Source: Callorhinchus milii
Taxonomy: Eukaryota
Assembly (NCBI RefSeq): GCF_018977255.1
Contig: NW_024704743.1
Location: 57,104,001 to 57,168,000, forward strand
Direction of reading: 5' to 3'
DNA length: 64,000 nt
The notes beneath the pieces were generated by a model that saw only the letters and a program-made list of their open reading frames with translations, was not told the origin of the DNA and did no database searches. The position numbers were made by a program, and so were the translations under genes. This document shows, one piece after another, positions 53,522 to 64,000 of the stretch. The first letter of the stretch is position 1; every line of letters begins with the position of its first letter.

Positions 53522-54105
53522 GCTTGTCGGTCTTCCCAACTCTTCCCCCCACAAGCTGCAGATCATCCAGAACTCTGCAGCTCGTGTCCTCTCCCGCACC
53601 AGGCTCTATGAGCCCATCACACCCACCCTCGCCCGGCTCCACAGGCTTCCCATCCCTCAGAGGGTTGAGTTCAAAATCCTCGTCCTCACCTTCAAACCGT
53701 CTGTGGCCTTGCCTCCTCCTACCTCTCAGACCTGCTAACCCCATATCAACCTGTCCACTTCCTTCGCTCAGCAGGCTCCGGTCTGCTCCATGTCCCCCAC
53801 TCGGTCTGCCCCACTATCAACGGTTGGGTCTTCAGTCTCTCTGCCCCCATCCTCTGGAACTCCTTCCCACATTCCCTTTGCCTCGCTCCCTCTCTTGCCT
53901 CTTTCAAGGCACACCTCAAGACCCCCCCTCATTGACCGTGCCTTCGGCCACCCTACTACCCTGTCTGCCCTCCACCCTCCCTGATCCCAACCACCACCAA
54001 CCTCCACACCCCCCGCTCAGGTCCTAATCCCTGACAGCTCAGCGCTTTGGGACATCCTCCCGACTTAAAAACACTTTACAAATGTAATTTTGTATTGTGT
54101 TGTAT
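53522..54105 (+). mobile_element. L2 3' fragment
   Basis: Same family as 19125-19705. Confidence 0.88.
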
Positions 54106-55701
54106 TATCATTATTTCACTTCGCTTTACATCTGCGTAGTGTAAAATAACGCATGCCAGGTTCTATTGTGTCTCAATCAACTTAGAATTAGGGTCTACAG
54201 TATTGTCCATGGCAACTTGATAAGTTGTTGTTGTTTCTCTGCCTAAAAATGAAACAAAATCTTGGCAACGGTGATTAAAATATTCAATGCTACGAGATAT
54301 GTTGTACTTGAACAGACCAGAATAATCCCTTTCAAAGGTGATGTACAACTGAATGTAGTTCACCAAAGCTTTAGGACTGATGCATATTTTTTTTAAAAAA
54401 CTATATTGAACAGTTTTGTTGTCCTTTGATAGCGTTAGCAATCTATAGGAAACCAATCCTGCAAGCAGTGCAAACAATGGTTGTCCTGACAAATATGTGT
54501 CTGAATAAAGAGAGAGATCAAATTTCTTGAGCGCTCCTCACACCCACCCTCCTCATTCAAAGGAAATATTGTAAAACAATGCTTCTTCGTGGCAGTGCTA
54601 ATAGCAACCGAGGGCCAACAGTGCCTTAGCTTCACCTGCTGTTGCTATAAAGCTGGGAGCAGAACTATTTGCTTTAGGTGAGTTTCATTATTCAATGGAA
54701 CGTTGTAAACTGTTCACTCTAGTGAGTTGAAACGTCTGTCCAGCATGATTTTGATATAGTATGGTGGTGGTTTGGTATCGTGTGTGTCTGTGTGTGCATC
54801 TGACAAGAAGAGTAGACATCCTTCATGCTGATGGTGCCTAGGGGAGCAGCACTTTTGACATGAAATATCTTTAAACTTGTCATGGAGTTGCTCTCTTGAA
54901 TACCATCTATTGCAGCCGTCTGTATTCCTCGAGGAGACTGAAGGATCACTTTCTAATGCAAATACGGATTAATAGTGCCGCCTGCGCAAGCTTTGTGATG
55001 ATTCATGTTCGTGCCCAAAAAGTTCTATTTGAGCTCGGGTTCAATGGTGTGTTAGATTACAAGTTTTGAACGTTCTTCGATGTTTATTTGGAACCAAATG
55101 TCAGATGAGTGAGAACCAGTCAAATGGACTTTGTAATTATTATTTTGCTATGGGAAGGGGAGGGAGTAGGTTGACAGTTTTATGGATTATGATGCATGAT
55201 GTTTGCATGATTATGAGTTTTATTGAGTATTATACTTTAAAAAAGGAGACAATGATTCAAACTGAAATTATTTTGAGGGTGCTATTATTGCTATAGAGAG
55301 GGGTAATCAAATATCTTACCAATATTTGTTAAATGTAGCCCCTTTGATTCTTTTTCTGTGCAAGCTCACATTTCTGTATACAATTGCTCAAAACAGCACA
55401 GTTGATTACTGTTACTGACTTCCTCTTGTGTACAGTCAGGTGTCAGCCAGTCTCAGTTGGTAGCACTCTCACCTCTGAGTCAGAAGGTGGTGGGTTCAAG
55501 CTCCACCACAAACAGTCATGGATTGAAGTAACCAATTTATTATTTTATTTATATGATTATACAGCATTATATCAAATAAGAAGATTATTATTGATTATAT
55601 TAAATCGCTGTCACACTTGTATTCAAATCATCCTTTGAATGTAATCGTTTCCAAAGATAGCTAATTTATGAACGTGTTGAAAAAGAACTCCTTCAGATTT
55701 G

Positions 55702-55927
55702 TAAACAAAAACACAAGTCGCTGGGAACCCTCAGCAGGTCAGGCAGCATCTATGGAGGAAGGAAAGTGAGCCAACGTTTCGGGTCCACGACCCTTCGTCA
55801 GAACTTAATGGACCCGAAATGTTGACTCACTTTCCTTTCTCCATAGATGCTGCCTGACCTGCTGAGTGTTCCTAGCGACTTCTGTTTTTGTTTTCAGATT
55901 TCCAGCACCTGTAGCATTTTGTGTTTT
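55702..55927. mobile_element. Penelope-like terminal repeat pair in inverted arrangement
   Basis: Arms ~55702-55788 and ~55808-55894 are reverse complements; contains a hammerhead-like core. Confidence 0.65.
55769..55804 (-). ncRNA. Minimal type I hammerhead ribozyme motif (Penelope-associated type)
   Basis: Minus strand GTT CTGACGA A GGGTC gtg GACCC GAAA CGTT GGC: CUGANGA box, 5 bp stem II, GAAA, palindromic AACGTT stem III. Confidence 0.6.
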
Positions 55928-56461
55928 CTTTCAAATTTGTGTTTTTCTCATTTACTCTCAACAGTGCAAGACGGATATTGGTTTTCCAGCCAGGAACTTG
56001 ATGTGACTAATTGTTCATCTCTTTACTTTCTTTGTACCAGTGTTATAATATAATAATCCTCACATTTGGTGGAGCACCTTTCATGTCAGGAGAACATCTC
56101 AAAGTATTTCACAAGATTGCAGTGACTGTGTGTTTTGCGGATGAAGACGGTAGCAAAGTTGTGCAAAGCAGCGTTCCACAAACAGCCATGAAGTGAATGA
56201 GCAATTTTATTTTGGCTAAAGAGTAAACTACAAGAGCAACAATTTCCTTTTTATTGCCCTCTAGCCTGCTATAACACCCTTTATTGTGCTGACACAAATA
56301 CCAAAGGTTTGAATGAAATTGGATAGGTAAATTTCTCTGGTTGCGGTAGATAGGAGAGTGGTGATGTGGCAGTAAATTGTACAATAAGATAACCAGCAGA
56401 CATTTACTATTTGATGAGGCAACAAATTGGGATTTATTCAAGGCCAAGTCGAGCCAATAGA

Positions 56462-56541
56462 CAAAACGCAAAATACTGCAGATGCTGGAAATCTGAAAAT
56501 AAAAACAGAAACAGTTTTCCCAGCGACTTCTGTTTTTGTTT
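56462..56541. mobile_element. Very short Penelope-like insertion with 13 bp flanking direct repeat
   Basis: TCGAGCCAATAGA at 56449-56461 and 56542-56554 flank terminal-repeat sequence plus an inverted piece. Confidence 0.65.
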
Positions 56542-57039
56542 TCGAGCCAATAGAGTTAGGTTACAAACATTTCAAACAGAAGTAGACCATTGCTCCACCT
56601 CTTTTACCTGTCCTATTTCCCAAAGTTATCTATTGTTACCTCAACTCATTAACTAATAACCCTGAATAATAATCCTTACGTTTGATATAGTGCCTTTCAC
56701 ATTAGGAGGATATCTCCGTGCTTCACAGGATATATTGCAAACTGTAGTTACTGGGTATTTTTCAGGCAAACACAGCAGCCAATTTGCGTACAGCAATATT
56801 CCACAAACAACAATGAAGTGAATCACCAATTAATTTAGAGGATTGCTGGCCAGCACACCAGGAGATGCTCCCTTTTGGTCTTTAATACTTTTGTGGAACA
56901 TTTAACATCCAACAGAACAGTTAGATAGGAACACAATTTAATATTTTGTTCAAAGGACAGTAACTCCAATAATACAGAACACCCCTAGCACTGCACTGGT
57001 ACGCCAGCCTAGACCGTATACTTTACACTGTAAAGTGGT

Positions 57040-57390
57040 GTGACTATGTATTTTGTAGGCAAACATGGAGACCGATTAGCACACAATGATGTCTACAAAT
57101 GGACATGGAGTAAGTGGCCAATTTTATTTTGGGAATAGTTAGCCAGAACACCAAGATAAATTCCTTTTTCTTTTCGAATTGCGTCATGGGATACTCAAAT
57201 AGGTAGCTGAAACTTTGATTTAACACATTATCCAAGGCAGCACCTCTGACAACGCATTAAAACCCCCACACTCCCAGCACTGCATTGGAGTGCCAGTGTG
57301 GATGACGTGGGTTTTAAGTCCCATTGTGGGTTTGAATCACAATCTTCTGATTCAGATGCGAGAGTGCTACCAACTGAGCCGGGCTAACAC
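57040..57390 (-). mobile_element. Deu-domain SINE
   Basis: ttctgattcagatgcgagagtgctaccaactgagcc head in reverse. Confidence 0.7.
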
Positions 57391-57689
57391 AAAAAAAGTC
57401 ATAGTGTAGTAGCCTAAAGTCTCTGAGAGTGCTCTAGGAGAGAAACAGAATTATCTGGAAAAGGTAGCAAAGCTTTCTGCCCTCTCGGTCTATATTTTTT
57501 CCACAAATGGTAAATGACATGGGTATTAGGCCTCACTTTCGATTCTACTTAACAACTATTTAATATAACAACTTCTGCAGGGAACAAAAAACAAACGTGT
57601 GATTATATAAGTGGAGGAAGATCTAACCTTCATTGCTGACATAACTGTTGAGTGCCTTTGGACATCCTCCCGACATGAAAAGTACCTTA

Positions 57690-58816
57690 TACAGAGCATG
57701 TGGAGTCAGGGGAAAAATAGCAGAATGGTTAGTAAGCTGGCTACAAAACAGAAAACAGAAAGTAGGGGTAAAGGGTAACTACTCAGACTGGCAGGGGACG
57801 TGCAGTGGTGTTCCACAAGGATCGGTATTGGGACCACTGTTGTTCACAATATGCATTAACGATTTGGACTTGGGAATCAGCAGTACAATTTCAAAATTTG
57901 CAGATGACACCAAGTTGGGGGTGTAATTAATACAGAGGAGGACTGCAGAAACAGCAAGACATTAATAAGCTTGCTGAATGGGCATTTAAATGGCAAATGC
58001 ATTTCAATGCAGAAAAGTGTGAGGTAGTACCTCTTGGTAGAAGGAATAAGGAAGTCACATACATCCTGGAAAATAAAAACCTAAATGGGGTAGAGGAGCA
58101 AAGGGATCTAGGGGTACACATGCACAATTCACTAAAAGTAGCAACACAGGTTAATAAGGCCATGAAAAAGGCAAACCAAGCATTGGGGTTCATTTCTAGA
58201 GGGATAGAAATGAAAAGCAGGGAAGTTATGGTAAACTTCTATAGAACTTTGGTCAGACCACACTTAGAATACTGTGTGAAGTTTTGGTCCCCACATTATA
58301 GAAGGGATGTAGAGGCACTGGAGAGAGTGCAAAGGAGATTCACAAGGATGATCCCAGAACTGAGAGTTTATACCTATCAAGAAAGGCTGAACATACTTGA
58401 ACTCTTCTTTTGAAAAGAGGAAGGTAAGGGGTGGCCTGACAGAGGTCTTTAAAATTATGAAAGGTTTTGATAGGATAGACATAGGGAATATCTTTCCACT
58501 TGTGGGGAGACCAAAACCAAGGGACATCAATATAAAATAGTCACAAATAGATCAAATAGGGAAGTTAGAAGAAATGTATTTACACAGAGAGTAGTGTGAA
58601 CGTGGAACGTGCTACCATGAGAAGTTGTTGAGGCAAATAGATGTATTTAAGGGAAAGCTAGATAGCTACATGAGGGAGAAAGGAATAGAAGGTTATGCTT
58701 GAAGGCTTAGTTGAGGAAGGGCAGGAGGAGGCTCATGTAGAGCATAAACACCGGCTGAGACCAGTTGGGCAGAATGGCCTGTTTCTGTGCTGTATATTCT
58801 AATGTATTCTAATGTA
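57690..58816 (+). mobile_element. CR1-clade LINE RT/3' fragment
   Basis: [40 protein letters not shown]; (attctaatgt) tail. Confidence 0.93.
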
Positions 58817-59677
58817 AATATAATTTTGTATTGTATGATCAAAATTGAATTATCTTTGCAATAAATGATTAATATATTGCTACATGTGGAAAAATCTTCA
58901 GACAGTTTAGTAATTTCCATACTAGCTATGGAAGATATCTATCCAAATATTGTCATTGCTGAGTCTGATCCTTATTCTGGTCCTTATCCTCACTTATAAA
59001 TTTTTTCATGCCTTAGCATCTCCCTATCTCTCTGGGCATCGACCACCTTCCTCTGGTCGCACCGTCCACTTGGCTAACTTAGGCCTGTTGTACATTTCTC
59101 CCTCCCATCATTGATGGCCGAGCTTCAAGTTACTACACCCCTAATCTCTGGAACTATCTCCACCCCTCCACCTCATCTTGCCACTTCAAAACCTATTTTT
59201 TCAACCACACTTACAGTCATCTCCCACTTTACTTCTCCCTTGCTCAGCATCATTGTGAAGCACTCTGAGATATTATTCTATGTGAATAGCGTTATATGAC
59301 AAAAAAAACTTGCATTCACATAAAGCCCTTCATGGAAGATAATGTCTTGGAACACTTCACAGTGGCCGGTTTGGACGCCAACCTGGGGCAGGGGATATCG
59401 AAGAGGTATATTTCTAAGGTGAGATTTGAAGATAGGTACAGAGCAGATGAGGTGGAGGATTATTGCAAGTTGTGGAGCTAATTTAACATACCGAGTTTTC
59501 ATGAGGAAGCAGGTTATTACTTCACCCTTTCCATAGTGACTAATCCACAGTATACTTTGGCAAGTTTGCTTGAGGTGTGGTTGCTAAGTTGTGGCATTTG
59601 TTTTTTCTTGTCACCATAGTTATAAGCAGTGCATGGACAATAAGAAAAGGCAATGGTAATGACTAGAAGGGATTAGT

Positions 59678-59993
59678 GGAGTCCTGTAGCATATTGGTTA
59701 GAGCACTCGACTCGCAAGCGAGAGAACCGGGGTTCGATTGCTAGGCGGGACAAAAATTTACGCAAGTTTTCCACATGCCTCTGTTTACCTAGGAGTAAGT
59801 AATAACCAGGTTGTTAGCTGATTGTGGATCGCTTCTTTAGGGGTAATAATAATTCGGTCATTCGATCCACGACTGTTTGAGGGACGCTGCTGTGCGTAAT
59901 TGGCTGCCAAGTTTCACTCACAAAATATACAGTCAATTCACTTTTTAAAGATACGATAAGGCGCTATATCAAACGCAAGAATCATTATTATTA
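59678..59993 (+). mobile_element. tRNA-derived SINE (long subfamily)
   Basis: As above; another partial copy at 35104-35320. Confidence 0.85.
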
Positions 59994-60192
59994 TATCCCC
60001 AGCTTTTTTCAATGGCAAATTGTATGGTTGTGTATTGTATATACATTGTTTATATCCTTTTTTCGTAAAAGGGTGCAGACTCCATTAAAAATACAGCAGT
60101 TGGCAAATTTACTACATTTTTTGCACAAAATACAAGGATGTAAATCATGATGAAATGCATGGTTTCATACGTTGTGAATGACCTAAACTGTG

Positions 60193-60890
60193 TCTAAATT
60201 GTGACCCATCGTAATGGGGAAGTGTGAAGGAAATGCATAATGTGTAATGTTAATTATCGCATTATTCATATGTATCTTTAATTATCGGCAGGTTTTTGAA
60301 TTTTATAAATTTTATCTGGGAGATTGTTGGCCAGGGTACCAGGATAAATTCCAAACACCTTGTGCTCTTTGTCTCTTTTTTTTACTCTGGATAATTCAGT
60401 ACAAATTGCTGCTAATTTCTCTATCTCAGATGGTTGTAAGAATGGTTAGTGTGGCAAGTGAGAACATTCAGAAATGTTCAATAAGATTATCGTTTTAATA
60501 TAAGTAAGTATTGACATGAATTATACCGGATATGTTTGCAAACTGACTTCTGCATTTTTTATGGTTATTGTACACAGTTGGCTACTAAATTTCAGAGAAA
60601 GACATGTTAATTGAGTAGCAATTGTCAAATATGTGTTGCATTATATTCGTTAAAATAATAGAGAAAGTTAGATCTATTCAGATAGTAAATTAATTGCCAA
60701 CATTTTTAGATCATGTTACAAGTTACAATGAGATCTAAATTGTAACCAATTATAATGCGGGAAGAGTGAAGGAAACGCACAATGTGATATGCTAAGTATC
60801 ACATTATTCACATCTAACTTTAATTATCGACATGTTTTTGATTGATACATTTTATCTGGGGGATTGTTGGCCAGGGCACCAGGAGAAACT
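60193..60890 (+). repeat. Diverged direct duplication, ~160 bp units at 60193-60350 and 60734-60890
   Basis: tctaaattgt...gtgaaggaaa...cattattca...tttaattatcg...ttttatctggg.gattgttggccaggg.accagga in both. Confidence 0.8.
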
Positions 60891-60999
60891 TATTCCTCTT
60901 TTTGAACAGTGTCATGGGATCTTTAGTAAAATAATAATCTTTGTATTTGCCATAGTGCTCTAGACAATAAAAATCACTTTTGTGCATAGAGACTCGTGT

Positions 61000-61318
61000 G
61001 GAGTCCTGTAGCTCAGTGGTTAGAGCACTCGCTTTGCAAGTGAGAGACCTGAGTTCAATTCCTGGCAGGGCGAAACCTTGGGCAAGTTTCCTTACTCCAC
61101 ACAGAGCCTAATAATAATCCCTCCAGAACCAAAAACAATAATAAATTGGTCATTTTCAATCTACAACTGTTTGTGGGTCATTGCTGTGCGCAATTGGCTG
61201 CCGCGTTCGCCCACAAATATACAGTCAATTCACTTTACAGTGTGTTGTGTGAAGCGCTTTGGGACGTCCTCCCGACGTGAAAAGTGCTATATCAAATGCA
61301 AGGATTATTATTATTATT
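61000..61318 (+). mobile_element. Young tRNA-derived SINE (short subfamily) with L2-type tail
   Basis: Head GGAGTCCTGTAGCTCAGTGGTTAGAGCA (A box), GAGTTCAATTCC (B box), TGC loop (tRNA-Ala-like); TTGGGCAAGT CORE-like start; L2 tail and (TTA)n. Confidence 0.9.
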
Positions 61319-63197
61319 TATAGATGGATATCACCCACAAAATACACACAGTTACATCACTTTACAGTTTTAACTGTGAAATTTGTAGTACATTCCTGTG
61401 AACAGATTTGATGCTGTGTTTGCCTAAAAATACAGTTATTACTCTTTGCAGTAAACATTGCAAGGTGCTTTGAGAAATTGCAGGCGTTATATCAAGTGTG
61501 AGGGCTATTCACTAAACCCGATGTAGACATAAGGGTTCCAGCTAAAGAGGAAACCTGAAAATTAGTTATCAATTATTGAACATATTCCATTTCGGTATAG
61601 CAATAGTGTCATAATAGTTTCAGTCTATAGCAGCAGTTTTTATCCAAAATAAACATTGAGTAAAAGCACACACACTAAGTTATTTTAGCTCTTGTCTCTG
61701 GTAGTCATTGGTTTCAACAACTTCTGTTGCACTTCTCTCTCCTGCAAAAGATGAGAACAGACATGTTATATACTGTCCTTGTACTGAGGTGTTGATTGAC
61801 AGATGTTGGGATTGAATGGGCAAACATTATGTTGTGATGTGTTGAGGCAAACTTCACCCCATTCTTACTCTTCAAATAGGTAAACTTCAGCTTCCAAAAA
61901 ACTCAGCTCCTGTTTAGACAAGAAAGCTAAACACTCCCATAGAATGTATGATAAGGAATTCTATATTGAGATTTTGTCTGAAAGAAGAACAACGTATAAT
62001 ACAATACAAATTTACATTTATAAAGCACCTTTCACTTTGGGAGGATGTTCCAAAGAACACTGCAGAAACAGTTGGCTGCATTTCTGGCTGTGGGCAACGA
62101 GGTGGGAGCTGATGGGGGTGGAGAGAGGAAAGATGACCGAAAGTGTGGTCAACCATACCCACAACAACTTGCCTTTATATCATGTCTTTCATGCAGGGTA
62201 ATGTTTCAGAGCGCTTAAGACTGGCAGAGCTTGATGCCATTTTAATTTATTAAATATCCCATTCAGTTTGCTGGATGTTGCAGCTATTCCCTCACCTTTT
62301 GCCACAACTTTGTAAGTTTCTCATCCACACGATCAATGAAGGCACTATATGTACCATGGCGTCTTACATGTTTCTGTAAGTAAGTGAGTGAAAATAGTCA
62401 CTTTTTTTATAAAGCACAAAATACATTATTGCTAGAATCTCAGTAAATTGTACCTTATATTTAGAACGGAGACAAATGGAAATCGGGTTTACTATTTACT
62501 ACTGATACTAGGAGCATGTTGGCTTCTATCTTATTAACTGGACACTGACCGTGTAAGAAGCTGATTTGCTGGGCCAAGGTTCTTTCATCAAAATCAGCTG
62601 AGGATCCCATTTGAGCTGTGGATGTTTATAAGTGTTGAAGCTTTCAGGAAATGCAACCCTTTGGTGGGTCATGTCTGCAGGACGTCCATGAACTAATAAA
62701 GGAAATTAACCATCTTGAGTGAATACAGAATTTGCTGTTTTATTAAATAGTAACACTATTCCTTATATTCGATAAAGTCCTTTTATGTTTGGAAGCCATC
62801 TCCAAGTGCCTCACAGGATTCACTTTAAAATGTAGTGGCAGTGTATTTTGTAGGCGAATACCAATTTGGACAAAGCAATTTCCCACAAAAAAACATGAAA
62901 AGAATAATCAATTTTAGGATTGTTGGTCAGGACACAGGGAGACATTTTGTTTTCTTTTTGAATAAATGCCATGGGATCTTTAATGTCCACATGAACAGGT
63001 AGACAGGACCACAGTCTTAATCAGAAACATGTTTTCCACAATTCTTTAAATAAGGCTTCCAAATTAAGATTGGATTTAAGAATTTCCCACCATTCTTCAC
63101 AACTTTAAATTTTAAGGCACCATAGTCCTGCAGGCAAAGCAGAGTGATATTTCAGTTCAGATATTTTCAAATATTTTCTTATTTTCAAATGGTTCAT

Positions 63198-63585
63198 ACA
63201 ATACAAATACAATTTTACATTTTATATCATGCCTTTCACGTTGAGAGGATGTCCCAAGGGGTGGACAGTCTAAGGTTTGCACCCGAGCTGGGGTTGGGGG
63301 TGAGGAGAAAGATGGCTGAGTGTGTGGGCAAAACGGAAGGTCTTGAAATGGACCTGAAGGAGGTGAAGGAAAGGATGAGGATAGAGTTCCAGAGAGTGGG
63401 GGCAGGTACCTGAAAGTCCAACCGGCAATGGTGGGGCAGGGGACTTGAAGCAGGCTGGTGGCTGCTTCGTCGAGGGAGTGTTTGAGGTTGGTAGGGTTTG
63501 AGGTCACAGAGATAGGATGGGGTAACACCATGGAGAGATTTACAAGTTGGGATGAGGAATTTGAACTTAACCCGCTGGAGGGTGG
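63198..63585 (-). mobile_element. L2 3' fragment
   Basis: QRVKFKFLI..TLWNSI on minus; tail at ~63200. Confidence 0.75.
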
Positions 63586-64000
63586 GGAGCAAGAAAGTAC
63601 AAAGAATACATGTAATACACGAAAACACAAAAACTATCAAAAATGATTGTTGGTCTGGTAACTTTTTACAGCAGTTTCAAATTTACCTGCATTTAATTGT
63701 TTTGATTTCAACTTGAGATTGAATGGGTCTCTGTCAAAGCTGGTCACAAAATCAGGTATATTAGTTTCATACTGAAAATAAAATGAACATATTATAATAA
63801 TAACTTGGATTTATAAAAACACTTTTCATGTGAACAAAAATGTCTCAAAGCATTCCAAAAATATAATAGATTAGAAATTAAGTGAACATAATAATAATCC
63901 TTGCGTTTGATATAGAGCCTTATCATGTCTTTGAGACTTCTCAAAGCACTTCACAGAATATACTGTAAAGTGAACTGACTGTATATATTGTGGGCGAAAT

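Noticed and set aside
54163..54492. 109 aa minus-strand ORF with protein-like composition
   Set aside because: No recognisable domain, non-ATG start, no supporting exon structure
61000..61075. tRNA-Ala-like gene (also at other SINE heads)
   Set aside because: Continues into a SINE body and L2 tail; no proper acceptor stem; multiple diverged copies

Overview
Repeat-dense vertebrate genomic DNA; the repeat set (abundant L2 and CR1 LINE 3' fragments, tRNA-headed SINEs with L2-type tails, Deu-domain SINEs, Penelope-type terminal repeats) points to a cartilaginous fish (inference). The only host protein-coding gene I can support is the 5' part of scinderin/adseverin (SCIN, gelsolin family) on the minus strand: three coding exons at 16038-15846, 15704-15550 and 6599-6438, with canonical GT-AG junctions and matching phases. 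The gene continues beyond the left edge. Its start lies in a CpG-rich island with a ~650 bp (CA/CACT)n microsatellite directly upstream of the ATG. The remaining ~47 kb upstream is intergenic, and nearly all other ORFs are decayed retroelements or chance frames. Most notable: (1) a ~320 bp non-coding element present twice in inverted orientation ~18 kb apart, with a 41 nt identical core and a perfect DR1 nuclear-receptor motif in both copies; (2) minimal hammerhead-ribozyme motifs in Penelope-like repeats; (3) odd splicing architecture at SCIN intron 1, with a G-quadruplex motif abutting the acceptor and an exon that begins with GTAAGG; (4) several fold-back structures. I found no clearly novel multi-gene system. 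Repeat boundaries are approximate and read by eye.
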